A DNA stretch of 64,000 nucleotides from a virus, in the IMG/VR virus record IMGVR_UViG_3300032246_001438, positions 1 to 64,000 of that record; one strand, 5' to 3'. Of the stretch, positions 7,153-16,236 are shown one piece after another. Made by a program: the position numbers and the translations under genes. Under the pieces are notes generated by a model. That model made no database searches. It was not told the origin of the DNA and saw nothing but the letters and a program-made list of their open reading frames with translations. Each line of letters starts with the position of its first letter. Positions within the stretch are counted from its first letter, which is position 1.

Positions 7153-7325
7153 TTAATCGTCATCAGGACCCTGCGTCTAAGCGTGAAGAGGAATTTCAAT
7201 TCCAAGTTCAGCAAGCGCGTAAGACTCCTGAGGCAATGGAAAAAGCTACTCCAGAAGTAAAAGAGGCGGCTACCCGTCAAGCAAATTTTGCAGAAAATCG
7301 TAAGAAATACCTAGGAGGCATATAA
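7149..7325 (+). CDS. Small protein (58 aa, not in ORF track)
   Basis: MINRHQDPASKR...KKYLGGI; ATGA/TAATG coupled. Confidence 0.7.
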   Translation: MINRHQDPASKREEEFQFQVQQARKTPEAMEKATPEVKEAATRQANFAENRKKYLGGI

Positions 7326-7693
7326 TGGCTAATGAACATGTAGATAAACGTAGTGCAAATCAATTTGCTGCAGTTGGTACTACAATCATTGCTCCAGTAG
7401 GTCCTGTAGGTAATTGGAGTACTAAAGCAGGCTCAATGCGTACCTATGCGGGAACTCCACAAGATGTAATAAAAAACGTTGCCTCTACTGGTAGAGTATT
7501 TGAGGGTCACAATAAAAAGCCTGACCACTTAAAACCAGAAGGTGTGCCAAATTGGGGAGTATTAGCATCAGCTAGTACTCGACCTGGGGGTCCAACTCAA
7601 GACGTTGCAACTAAAGAAGGTCGCTCTCAAATCGCTAAAGATTTAGGTTTGCCTAATAAAAAAGAATTTCGTGCAAAGAAGGGCAAAAAATAA
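7325..7693 (+). CDS. Basic protein with N-terminal HVDKRSANQF motif
   Basis: GGAGG RBS; motif shared with 7693..7905. Confidence 0.75.
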   Translation: MANEHVDKRSANQFAAVGTTIIAPVGPVGNWSTKAGSMRTYAGTPQDVIKNVASTGRVFEGHNKKPDHLKPEGVPNWGVLASASTRPGGPTQDVATKEGRSQIAKDLGLPNKKEFRAKKGKK

Positions 7694-7905
7694 TGGCTGA
7701 AGACCACATCGATAAACGAAGTGAAAAACAGTTTACAAGCCCGTACGAGCCTGGTAGTGAACGTGACCAACGCTGGCGTTTTACTCGTGGAGATGAAACC
7801 GCAACTCCTAAACATAAAGACGGAACTCCGTATACAAAAAGTTCTGGCTTTTGGAATTCACATAAACCTGAAGATGATGAGGATGGCGATAATGTCCGCG
7901 CCTGA
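7693..7905 (+). CDS. Small protein with N-terminal HIDKRSEKQF motif
   Basis: 70 aa, TAATG coupled. Confidence 0.75.
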   Translation: MAEDHIDKRSEKQFTSPYEPGSERDQRWRFTRGDETATPKHKDGTPYTKSSGFWNSHKPEDDEDGDNVRA

Positions 7906-8050
7906 TAGAGCACACGACCCTAAGCGTAAACCTATTATTCCAGACCCATATGATGGTGGGGAAGACCCTTGGTATTCTTGGAATCCAGAAAATCAAGAGG
8001 AAATGCTGCGTCATTATGAGAAAGAACATAATGACAAAGAAAAAAAATAA
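7892..8050 (+). CDS. Small protein with N-terminal DRAHDPKR motif
   Basis: Start revised to ATG 7892 with GAGGA upstream. Confidence 0.7.
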   Translation: MSAPDRAHDPKRKPIIPDPYDGGEDPWYSWNPENQEEMLRHYEKEHNDKEKK

Positions 8051-8249
8051 ACACGCTCAACACAAACATATAAATTTAAATAGCCAACTAGGTTTACGAG
8101 TTGGCGGTATAGTTGTTCCTTATTGGCCCGCCTATTGGGGTGGGGTTGGTGGTGGAAGTGTCCACAATGGACAGACAACCGAAGGAGAGCAAAATGACAA
8201 CAGTAACTCAGACTCCTCAGCGGGAGCTGACTCTGGCGGACAGATGTGA
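8031..8249 (+). CDS. Hypothetical protein
   Basis: MTKKKNKHAQHKH...; start revised to ATG 8031. Confidence 0.6.
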   Translation: MTKKKNKHAQHKHINLNSQLGLRVGGIVVPYWPAYWGGVGGGSVHNGQTTEGEQNDNSNSDSSAGADSGGQM

Positions 8250-8400
8250 CGCTTGTCCTGCAGCTGCACAAGTTGTCGTTACTTTTCTTAATGGTGAGTT
8301 AATGTTTTGCGGTCACCATGTAAAAAATAATTTTGAATCTCTTAAATCTAAATCTGTAAGTATCTTTGACCCTAATAATTATTTAAATCTTATACAATAG
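8194..8400 (+). CDS. Small actinobacterial-type zinc-binding protein
   Basis: LTLADRCDAC...GELMFCGHH; AAGGAG RBS before ATG 8194. Confidence 0.8.
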   Translation: MTTVTQTPQRELTLADRCDACPAAAQVVVTFLNGELMFCGHHVKNNFESLKSKSVSIFDPNNYLNLIQ

Positions 8401-8429
8401 GCTTAACCTATTAGGAGAGAGAAGATAAC

Positions 8430-11336
8430 ATTCTTCCACTGCGTTTATTCGCAGCATTATTCCTTACATTATTTCTTTATTTATTAGGGCAACAATCTGC
8501 CTACGCTGACGACCCTGTTGTAGAACAACAGGTCATTTCCCCTGCTCCTTCTGATGGAGCAACAGTAACGAGTACTCCTGCGCCCTCCGCGACTCCTGTT
8601 GTAACCAGTTCTCCTGGGCCGTCTTCAACCCCTGAACCAACTCCTTCGCCTCAGACGTCTCCTTCTTCAAGTGGTGCAACTGAACCATCAACCGTAACTT
8701 CATCCAGCGGAACGCCATCAACCAACCAATCAACCACACCACAGGCAGAAACGCCAAGTACATCATCTCCCGAGACACCTACGGTTACCTCCATACAATC
8801 TAAAATTAATAGCGCTACTGTAACAGTAAGTACTGCTGTTAGTGGGGCTGAAGCGGCGGTTTCCACTCTTCTTCCTACCCCTGTAATAGCTCAAGCTGTG
8901 GCTTCTACCCCTTCTGTAGTAGAAGCAGTTCAAGTTACTGTAGTCAAAATAGAAGTAGCTACTACGGCTATTGCTGCTGCTCAGACAGCCGTAGACAGTG
9001 CAACTGCAACAGTTCAAGCCGTAAATACTCAAACAGCAGTAGTAGCCGTAGCAACTACAGCCGTTGATTCAGCAACTGCTGTAGTTCAAGATAAAACCAC
9101 TGTAACAAGTACGGCTCAATCTGCTTTTGATACAGCCGTAGCAAATAACCAAACTGCTGAGAATGCGCTTAATACTCAGACCCCAATTACTATTGCAGCC
9201 CAAGAAGCTAATGCTGTAGCTCGTGATGCTAACGATGTTGCACAAGCTGCTGTAGCTCCAGCTAATGAAGCTGTTGCTGCACAGATTCCTGTTGTTGCTA
9301 CTGCTCAATCAGTTAAAGATACAGCTCAGGCTGCAGTAGATGTTAATACATCTCCAGGATTAAAGGTAGAGGTTTACAACGTACAGGGTCAGAACAACGC
9401 TCCAACTCTTCCAGCAAATGCTGTTCCTATTCGTACATTTACAGATACAAATGGGATTAACGAGCAGTGGGGTAGCGGCCCAGTTGCTGGCTCTACTCGT
9501 TCAGAAGATGTAATTGTTAAGTACTCTGGCAATATTACTTTTCCAGTTGGTGGAACTATACGTTTTTATGCTCCTGGAGATGACGGAGTAAGAGTCATTA
9601 TTGATGATAAAACAATTATAAATGACTGGTATGACAAAGGTGGAGGCGGTTCAACCTCCATGGAAAACTTTAATTCTAATACCCCTTACCCATTTACCCT
9701 TTGGTACTATGAAAATGGTGGTGGAGCTTGGGTACAGTTCTACTGGCATATTGGACAGGGATACACAATTGTTCCTGGTTCAGCATTTACACAGTCATCT
9801 GCTACCCCAGAACAGTTAGCTACCCTTGCAGCTGCTAAAACAGTGCTAACAACAGAAACAACAACTTTAACTCAATTGCAAACTACAGCTACTAACGCGC
9901 AAAATGCTGCTAATGCTGCTTTTGATAACTACATGACTAAAAACCAAGAGATGGTTGCTGCTGAGGCTGTACAAGCACCTATTCAACAGGCTGCTTGGGA
10001 TACACGTGCTGCAGTAACTACTGCAACTAATAATATAACGACTGCTACAGCAAACAAGCAAGCAGCAGAGACAGTACTTGCAACAGCTCAGTCCGCACTA
10101 ACAACAGAGACTCAAACATTGAATAACCTCCAATCAACAGCTAGTACAGCAATTACTAATGCTAATGACTTAGCTAATACTGCAGTTATAAAAGCAAATG
10201 AAGCTAAAGTTGCTTTAGAGACAGCGACTACCACAGTCTCCATTGCTGTTTCTCAGTATGCTGCCGCTCAGCTTCAGTTGCAAGCTCAGAGAGATGCTGA
10301 AGCTGCTGCTCTGTTAGCGGCTCAACAGGCTGCTGCTGCAGCTGCTGCTCAAGCAGCTGCTTCTTCTTCAACGCCACCTGCGCCTGTAGCTCCAGAAACG
10401 CCACCGTCTCCTGTTGTCGATGAGCCAACCACTCCTCCTCAGACAGATTCTGAAAATCCATCTACTGAGTCACCCACAGAAGAGCCATCACAACCCACAG
10501 AAGAGCAACCACCCGTGGAAGAGCCCGAAACACCACCCGTAGCACCCGAGGAGCCTCCTGTGGAACCTGAGCAACCTGTGGAAGAACCACAAGAACCAAT
10601 GACACCAGAGCCAGAGCCACAAAATCCGATAGAAGAACCATCACAACCTCCTGTAGAAGAACCTGCCCCAGAGCCTACCACACCAGCAGAAGAGGCTACC
10701 GCTGCCGTAGAAGCTGTTCTATCTGACGGCAAGCTTTCTGCTGCCGATGCTGACAAAGTTATGGCTGCTTTAAATGCTGATGGAGAAGTTACTAAAGAAG
10801 AAGTAGCTGCGCTTTCTGACGCTCTTGCAGCTGACGGTAAATTGACTACCGCTGAGAAAGAATTGGTTGCGGAAGCTCTTATTGCATCTGTAGCCCCAGG
10901 CGACACTCTTACAAAAGAGCAGATTCAGGATGCTGGAATTGCTTATCAAGACCTTCCACCAGAGACCCCTGTTGAGGTTAGGCAGGATGAAAACGGTAAT
11001 GAAGTTATAATTACAGCAGACGTAGCTGCGGCCCTAGTTTTACTAGAGAACCCTTCAGAATTAATTGGCGCAATATTTAGCGACCCTGGGCAGGCACTAA
11101 AAGCACTTGGAAGTATCGGTGCTGATATGTCTCCCCAAGAACGAGAAGAAGCACAAAAAATGGTAGTTGCTGCCGTTATTGCTGGTAATGCTGCAATTAA
11201 CGCGGTAGGAGCTGCAGCTTCTGCTGCTGGAGGAGCCGCATCTGGCGGAAGTCGTTCTGGCGGTAGTGGCGGAGGAAGTTCTGGAGGCGGAGGAGCTTCT
11301 GGAGATAGTAAAGGCGTGAGGAGACGCAGACCGTGA
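8430..11336 (+). CDS. Large secreted/surface protein: signal peptide, S/T/P linker, Ala-rich coiled coils, PA14 domain, P/E-rich linker, hydrophobic C-terminus with RRRR
   Basis: Frame is open from 8415; PA14 motifs GLKVEVYN, GDDGVRVIIDD and YYENGGGA; start inferred at ATT 8430 or CTG 8439. Confidence 0.8.
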   Translation: MLPLRLFAALFLTLFLYLLGQQSAYADDPVVEQQVISPAPSDGATVTSTPAPSATPVVTSSPGPSSTPEPTPSPQTSPSSSGATEPSTVTSSSGTPSTNQSTTPQAETPSTSSPETPTVTSIQSKINSATVTVSTAVSGAEAAVSTLLPTPVIAQAVASTPSVVEAVQVTVVKIEVATTAIAAAQTAVDSATATVQAVNTQTAVVAVATTAVDSATAVVQDKTTVTSTAQSAFDTAVANNQTAENALNTQTPITIAAQEANAVARDANDVAQAAVAPANEAVAAQIPVVATAQSVKDTAQAAVDVNTSPGLKVEVYNVQGQNNAPTLPANAVPIRTFTDTNGINEQWGSGPVAGSTRSEDVIVKYSGNITFPVGGTIRFYAPGDDGVRVIIDDKTIINDWYDKGGGGSTSMENFNSNTPYPFTLWYYENGGGAWVQFYWHIGQGYTIVPGSAFTQSSATPEQLATLAAAKTVLTTETTTLTQLQTTATNAQNAANAAFDNYMTKNQEMVAAEAVQAPIQQAAWDTRAAVTTATNNITTATANKQAAETVLATAQSALTTETQTLNNLQSTASTAITNANDLANTAVIKANEAKVALETATTTVSIAVSQYAAAQLQLQAQRDAEAAALLAAQQAAAAAAAQAAASSSTPPAPVAPETPPSPVVDEPTTPPQTDSENPSTESPTEEPSQPTEEQPPVEEPETPPVAPEEPPVEPEQPVEEPQEPMTPEPEPQNPIEEPSQPPVEEPAPEPTTPAEEATAAVEAVLSDGKLSAADADKVMAALNADGEVTKEEVAALSDALAADGKLTTAEKELVAEALIASVAPGDTLTKEQIQDAGIAYQDLPPETPVEVRQDENGNEVIITADVAAALVLLENPSELIGAIFSDPGQALKALGSIGADMSPQEREEAQKMVVAAVIAGNAAINAVGAAASAAGGAASGGSRSGGSGGGSSGGGGASGDSKGVRRRRP

Positions 11337-11506
11337 AAAGAATATTTACAGACATGATTGACCAATTATGGACCCTACTGGGTATGTTCATTGCCTGGGT
11401 AGTTCTTGACGGTTCCGCAAAAACAATTGTGGGGTACGCAATTATTGGGACGTTAATTGCTTGGGCCATCACATATCCAATTAGAAACCCAAAGGATGAT
11501 GAATAA
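11333..11506 (+). CDS. Small 2-TM membrane protein (57 aa, not in ORF track)
   Basis: MKRIFTDMIDQLWTLLGMFIAWVVLDGSAKTIVGYAIIGTLIAWAITYP; GTGA overlap, GAGGAG RBS. Confidence 0.8.
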   Translation: MKRIFTDMIDQLWTLLGMFIAWVVLDGSAKTIVGYAIIGTLIAWAITYPIRNPKDDE

Positions 11507-11835
11507 TGAAAATGACAGGTAATATTTTACTTCGTATCGTTGCAACATTTGCAGCTAGCGGTTTAGGAGTTATTGGTGCTGGTTCTATTGCTGGCATCTC
11601 AGTAGCAAAGGCAGTAACAGTTGCTGGACTTACAGCAGTTGCCGCAGTCGTAGAGAAGCTTGCACGTGGCTTTATGAATGATGGCAGACTTTCATTAGAT
11701 GAAATTAACTCAGCTTTTGCTGCAGTTGATGTAAATTCTAAGACAGCAGCTGACCTACAGGTTGAAGCTAATCAATCAGGTACAGCAATTACAATTGCAC
11801 CAAAAGATAAAGAAAACGACCCAGACTATAACTAG
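11506..11835 (+). CDS. Holin-like membrane protein
   Basis: Two hydrophobic segments, immediately upstream of the endolysin. Confidence 0.65.
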   Translation: MKMTGNILLRIVATFAASGLGVIGAGSIAGISVAKAVTVAGLTAVAAVVEKLARGFMNDGRLSLDEINSAFAAVDVNSKTAADLQVEANQSGTAITIAPKDKENDPDYN

Positions 11836-11843
11836 GAGTTAAA

Positions 11844-12587
11844 GTGGCGGAAAAAGGAACAGCAGCTGCTCTTATTGAAGTTGCACAAAAAGAAGTTGGG
11901 ACTATTGAAGGTCCTAAAGATAATGAGACAAAGTACGGCGCTTTTACAAAAGCTAACTTCTTAGCATGGTGCGGCAGCTACGTAATGTGGTGTGCCAACC
12001 AGGCTGGGGTTAAGGTTCCTAATACTGTTTCTACAGTGGCAGGTGCTGCAGCTTTTAAGAAGATGGGCACATGGTTCGAAGCTGACTGCGGTCAGTCACC
12101 ACAGCCAGGAGATATCTTGTATTTTGATTTTCCAGGAGATGGCGTCGATAGAATTTCTCACGTAGGTATCTGCAAAGGTATTGATTCAGATGGCGTCGTA
12201 GTCACTCTAGAAGGAAACACATCTTCTAAGAAAAAAGGAAGCCAACGCAATGGCGGCGAAGTTTGCGAACAAGTTCGCGCTTACAAGGCTAACAAGAAGA
12301 AGGTTATGGTTTCAATTGTTGGTTGGGGTCGTCCTAATTACAATGGAAATGAAGTAACAGCAACAGTCCCTAAATCAAAAGCTCCAGCATTTCCAGGACA
12401 GATTCGTCCAGGAGATAAGGGAGAAGGAGTCAAGGTTGTACAACGTGCACTCGGTCTTCTAGCTGATGGGGATTACGGCCCAGCTACAAAGAAAGCAGTT
12501 ATTGGTTTTCAAGATAACCACGATGTAGTTGACTCTAATGGAATCATTGGCCCTAAGACTTGGGCTGAATTGGTTAAGTTCCTATAA
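11844..12587 (+). CDS. Endolysin (CHAP/NlpC-like catalytic domain plus peptidoglycan-binding domain)
   Basis: AWCGSYVMWC...SHVGI...TLEGNT; C-terminal DGDYGPATKKAV...GIIGPKTW. Confidence 0.9.
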   Translation: MAEKGTAAALIEVAQKEVGTIEGPKDNETKYGAFTKANFLAWCGSYVMWCANQAGVKVPNTVSTVAGAAAFKKMGTWFEADCGQSPQPGDILYFDFPGDGVDRISHVGICKGIDSDGVVVTLEGNTSSKKKGSQRNGGEVCEQVRAYKANKKKVMVSIVGWGRPNYNGNEVTATVPKSKAPAFPGQIRPGDKGEGVKVVQRALGLLADGDYGPATKKAVIGFQDNHDVVDSNGIIGPKTWAELVKFL

Positions 12588-12682
12588 TGTACTATCTGAC
12601 TCACCTTACATTCCAAGGGGTATTTTTAGTAACGCTAGTCGTTATTACTGCCCTTGGAATGTGGTGGGCAGAGCGTGGATGA
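12587..12682 (+). CDS. 31-aa single-TM peptide
   Basis: MYYLTHLTFQGVFLVTLVVITALGMWWAERG, TAATG coupled to the endolysin. Confidence 0.6.
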   Translation: MYYLTHLTFQGVFLVTLVVITALGMWWAERG

Positions 12683-12791
12683 TAAAGAGCGCTTAAAGCG
12701 CTGGACCTGCGCTTTATGCAATAGGCGTTACGTAGTCCCTGATTTAGCAAGAATGTGCGAAGAAAAGCACCTACAATCAGAGTATGAGTAA
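12675..12791 (+). CDS. 38-aa zinc-finger-like peptide
   Basis: WTCALC...ARMCEEKH. Confidence 0.6.
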   Translation: MDDKERLKRWTCALCNRRYVVPDLARMCEEKHLQSEYE

Positions 12792-13350
12792 ATCAGTCCA
12801 GGCTACCTCAGATAATGTATTAAGAGCTCAGGCTTTGTCCTCAGCTCCAAAAAAGGCTGTCTTTCCGACTATTCGCAAAATTAGAACGGTATCCCCAAAG
12901 CTTAAGGGACCTAATCAAATTGCAAATGAAAAAGCTAAAGCTGCAAAAGAAGCTGCGCCTAAAAAAGTTAAAGCTTCAAGAACTGACGGAAAGTCCCCAC
13001 AATCTCCTCGCTCTCGTGAGCCTAAGATTTACGATGCCGAAATTGTTGAAGAGACAACGTCAACTGCAGCGTCTAAAAGAACTGGAAGTAGCAGAACGTT
13101 TGTTCCTTCAAGCCCCATTCAAAAGACGCAACCATCAGTATCTTCACGAGCACCTCGCTCTATTGGTGCCCCAAAATCTAAAAAGTCTGGAACCCCTAAA
13201 CCCCCTGGAGCAAAACGCGAGAGTGGGCCACGTGCTCCAAAACCTCCCAAAAGTCCTAAAGTCGGGAAACAGTTCTATTCTGTAGACAAAGGCGGGGAAA
13301 CCACTCCTCTGGTTCAAACTAAATTTGGCCCAGCAGTTAAGTTGGAATAA
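12784..13350 (+). CDS. K/S/P-rich basic disordered protein (histone-H1-like composition)
   Basis: 188 aa, highly basic and low-complexity. Confidence 0.7.
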   Translation: MSKSVQATSDNVLRAQALSSAPKKAVFPTIRKIRTVSPKLKGPNQIANEKAKAAKEAAPKKVKASRTDGKSPQSPRSREPKIYDAEIVEETTSTAASKRTGSSRTFVPSSPIQKTQPSVSSRAPRSIGAPKSKKSGTPKPPGAKRESGPRAPKPPKSPKVGKQFYSVDKGGETTPLVQTKFGPAVKLE

Positions 13351-13517
13351 TGAAGAAGAGTAAAAAGGTCGGGATAACCGCAGAAATAAAATCTTCCGTC
13401 ACTTCAGATGTAAAAGGCATTAAAAGTCGTCAGTTTAGAGATAAACTTACCCGTGTTACTGCTCCTATAAAAGGAAAAGAAACACATGCATTGCAGTGGA
13501 ATAGGTGGTCTCCATGA
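13350..13517 (+). CDS. Small basic protein (55 aa)
   Basis: TAATG coupled; MKKSKKVG...KSRQF...WNRWSP. Confidence 0.65.
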   Translation: MKKSKKVGITAEIKSSVTSDVKGIKSRQFRDKLTRVTAPIKGKETHALQWNRWSP

Positions 13518-13672
13518 GATTACTAGATTTCAAACAAGCTGTTACAAAACCTCTTACGGTCAACGATTCACGCTTTGGCTTAAGAAAGATGTTTTTAACA
13601 GATAAAGAAAAACCGTCCATTAGTGTTTTTGCTAGCCCAGGCAAAGGACCTAATGGAGAGTCACAGAATTAG
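13514..13672 (+). CDS. Small basic protein (52 aa)
   Basis: ATGA overlap; MRLLDFKQ...GESQN. Confidence 0.6.
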   Translation: MRLLDFKQAVTKPLTVNDSRFGLRKMFLTDKEKPSISVFASPGKGPNGESQN

Positions 13673-13683
13673 AGAGGCCTACA

Positions 13684-14466
13684 ATGACAGCATCATATCC
13701 AGGTTCCGTTAAGGTATTTACTACCAAATCAAACGTTACAGATACAGTAGACGCTTCCCACCCAAACTCCCTTCAAGAAGAAGTTGTAGCAATTGAAACC
13801 ATTCTTGGAGCTAGCCCAAACCAATCTTCTGCAGCTAACTCAGCGGGTACATTTAATGCTTCATCAAATGCTTTTGGAACTGTAAGTGCACGTATTGCAA
13901 ACGTAGAAACTGGCGTTGTTGCCGATTCTCACACCCAATACATTAGAAAAACAGCTGATTCTAACAACACTATTATCCCTGCCAACATAAACACAAATGG
14001 TTTGGTAATTAAAGGTTTAGGAAGTCAATCAGCGGCACTTCAAGAGTGGCGTTCAGAGATTAATCAAGTTCTAGCAGCGGTTACCCCAACTGGTCTTTAC
14101 ACAGGAACAATTAGCGCATCTAATGTTATTGGCTCTATTTCTGCCGTTCCTATTGATAATACGGTAGAACAAAAGGCTGAAAGCTTTTCACTTACTCTTA
14201 TTGATAAAAACAAAGTTTTTTATTGCGTTAACACAAGCGCTACTGTTACAGTAACAGTCCCTTTAAACGCATCTCAAGCATTTCCTTTAGGCTCACAGAT
14301 TCACTTTGTGCGAGGAGCTGCTGGTGCGGTTGTATTTCAAGGAGTATCAGGAAGCGTAAGTGTTAATGCATCACCTGGAGCTAAATTAAGAGCTACATGG
14401 TCTGCTGCAACACTTATGAAACTTGCAGAAAATACTTGGGTGCTACTTGGCGATTTGAGTGCCTAA
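13684..14466 (+). CDS. Virion fibre/adaptor protein
   Basis: N-terminal anchor HPNSLQEEVVAIETILG; C-terminal VTVP...FPLGSQI...WVLLGDL domain typical of phage fibres. Confidence 0.75.
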   Translation: MTASYPGSVKVFTTKSNVTDTVDASHPNSLQEEVVAIETILGASPNQSSAANSAGTFNASSNAFGTVSARIANVETGVVADSHTQYIRKTADSNNTIIPANINTNGLVIKGLGSQSAALQEWRSEINQVLAAVTPTGLYTGTISASNVIGSISAVPIDNTVEQKAESFSLTLIDKNKVFYCVNTSATVTVTVPLNASQAFPLGSQIHFVRGAAGAVVFQGVSGSVSVNASPGAKLRATWSAATLMKLAENTWVLLGDLSA

Positions 14467-15710
14467 TGCCATTAGTTCCTGGAACTGGGGATTCCCAGAG
14501 GAAAACTAAGCCTACTGCACCAACAATCACGTCACAATCTGATTCTGGTTCTGGTAGAGGCTTTGACAATGGCGCTGCTTATTTAACATTTGATGCTCCC
14601 AATTACACGGGAAAATTACCAATTACTGAGTACGTTATTACCGCTGCCGCAACAGACGCCTCAAACACCGTAACTTCAACTATTTCATCTTCATTATCTA
14701 CATTTGTTATTGAAGGTTTAAAATCTGGTAAGCAATATAAATTTAAAATAAAAGCTAGAAATTTAGTTTATGACTCTGATGACTCTACCGAAGCTGGTCC
14801 AGTTGATGCCACCACAGTTCCAGGGACTCCAACAAGCCTTAGTGGAAATGATTTAAAAAATGGCGGAGGTCTTACTCTTAGTTGGGTTGCTCCACCAAAT
14901 GCGGGTGCTGCAGTTACTAGTTACACAATTACCCCAAGTTTTGGAGCCGTAGTTAGTACTGGTAATAACTCAACAAGTTACACTTTTTCTGGTTTAGAGG
15001 TTAATAGAGGTTATACATTTACCGTACAAGCAGTTAATGCTAACGGTCCTGGTTTGACTTCAACCCCTTCTCCAACTCTTACTCCTACGTTATATGTAGC
15101 ACCAGTTACTCCTACACCAACTCCTCCATCAGTGGGTGGTGGACAGGTATCCGTTGGCGGCGGCGTTACTTGTGGAGCTTGCCAAGTTGTATCTGGAAAC
15201 GTTCAAGAAACTGTTTGTATTAGTAACCTTCAATACACTATTTATTATGAAGCACGGGCACAAGTATGCTCTGATGGAAGTCAAGTAGCTTGTTCAAGAG
15301 GCGCAGAAATTACTAGAAGCGGCGGTACTCCAGGAGTAACTGGTTGTGCTGCTGTTACTGTGGGCGGTGGAGGTTGCAGCGCTCTGTTTGGGCAATCTTG
15401 TGGAACTTACTCAGCTGGTTGTGGATATGTTGGAACTTACAACTGTGAGGGTTCTTGCACTGGCATGGTTTGTAGTGGTTGCTGCCAGTGTACTAACACT
15501 TGTACTGGAAATACTGTAGGAACTACAACTGTAGGAACTACAACTGTAGGAACTACAACCGTAGGAACTACAACTGTAGGAACTACTACTGTGCAAGCAA
15601 CAGTGGGAGGTGCTACAGGTACCCCTTCAGTAGGTCCTACCCCTGGATGTGGTGTGGCATGTCAATGCCGTGCAGCTGGCGGTATCTGGAGAGTTATTGG
15701 ATGTATCTAA
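14466..15710 (+). CDS. Fibronectin type III repeat protein with Cys-rich and TVG-repeat C-terminus
   Basis: Two FN3 domains (GLKSGKQYKFKIKARN; GLEVNRGYTFTVQAVNANG); start revised to coupled ATG. Confidence 0.85.
   Translation: MPLVPGTGDSQRKTKPTAPTITSQSDSGSGRGFDNGAAYLTFDAPNYTGKLPITEYVITAAATDASNTVTSTISSSLSTFVIEGLKSGKQYKFKIKARNLVYDSDDSTEAGPVDATTVPGTPTSLSGNDLKNGGGLTLSWVAPPNAGAAVTSYTITPSFGAVVSTGNNSTSYTFSGLEVNRGYTFTVQAVNANGPGLTSTPSPTLTPTLYVAPVTPTPTPPSVGGGQVSVGGGVTCGACQVVSGNVQETVCISNLQYTIYYEARAQVCSDGSQVACSRGAEITRSGGTPGVTGCAAVTVGGGGCSALFGQSCGTYSAGCGYVGTYNCEGSCTGMVCSGCCQCTNTCTGNTVGTTTVGTTTVGTTTVGTTTVGTTTVQATVGGATGTPSVGPTPGCGVACQCRAAGGIWRVIGCI
15513..15587 (+). repeat. 15-bp tandem repeat ACTGTAGGAACTACA x5 (encodes TVGTT)
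   Basis: Five near-identical units seen. Confidence 0.95.
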
Positions 15711-15740
15711 TACTGTATACTTTAAGCAAAGGAGTAATAA

Positions 15741-15953
15741 ATGAAGCGTAAATTTGCATTTGTAGCTGAAGGTGATGTTTTCATGGTTTGGACCTTTGAT
15801 GACGAAGACACTGACGGCGTATCCCATGAAAAAGTAGAAATGATTTTAGCTGGAATGTCTTCAAATCCTAAAGTTATTGAATTTATGCCTGACCAGGATA
15901 TTGGAGAAGGCTGGACTCACGACGGTATAGGGTTTGTACGACCAAAAGAATAA
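15741..15953 (+). CDS. Small fibre-associated protein (putative chaperone/tip)
   Basis: KFAFV...IGEGWTHDGIGFVRP; similar in pattern to 39767..40069, and both follow fibre genes. Confidence 0.7.
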   Translation: MKRKFAFVAEGDVFMVWTFDDEDTDGVSHEKVEMILAGMSSNPKVIEFMPDQDIGEGWTHDGIGFVRPKE

Positions 15954-15963
15954 GGAGCAAAAT

Positions 15964-16236
15964 ATGACAACGCCTGAAGAGGGTAACCTAAGCCCTTGGA
16001 AACAATGGAAGAAAAACCTTGGTGAAACAAGACCTTGGGATTTAGTAAATCCAAACGTTGAACGTGTTTCAGATGAAATTCACAAAACTAGGTACGACAT
16101 GTGCTTGTCATGCCCAGAGTTAATTAAAATTACAAAACAATGTAAAAAATGCGGTTGTTTTATGCCAGAAAAATCAAAATTAGCTAAAGCTGAGTGCCCT
16201 TTGCATAAATGGGGTCAAGTAGAGGTAGCACAATAA
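15964..16236 (+). CDS. Cys-rich metal-binding protein
   Basis: RYDMCLSC...QCKKCGCFM...ECPLHKW. Confidence 0.8.
   Translation: MTTPEEGNLSPWKQWKKNLGETRPWDLVNPNVERVSDEIHKTRYDMCLSCPELIKITKQCKKCGCFMPEKSKLAKAECPLHKWGQVEVAQ

Noticed and set aside
15411-15751. Cys-rich CRNYN- or SSYSC-repeat peptides in alternative frames (RiPP-like)
   Set aside because: They are off-frame or antisense readings of the 15-bp repeat inside the FN3 gene, with no RBS.
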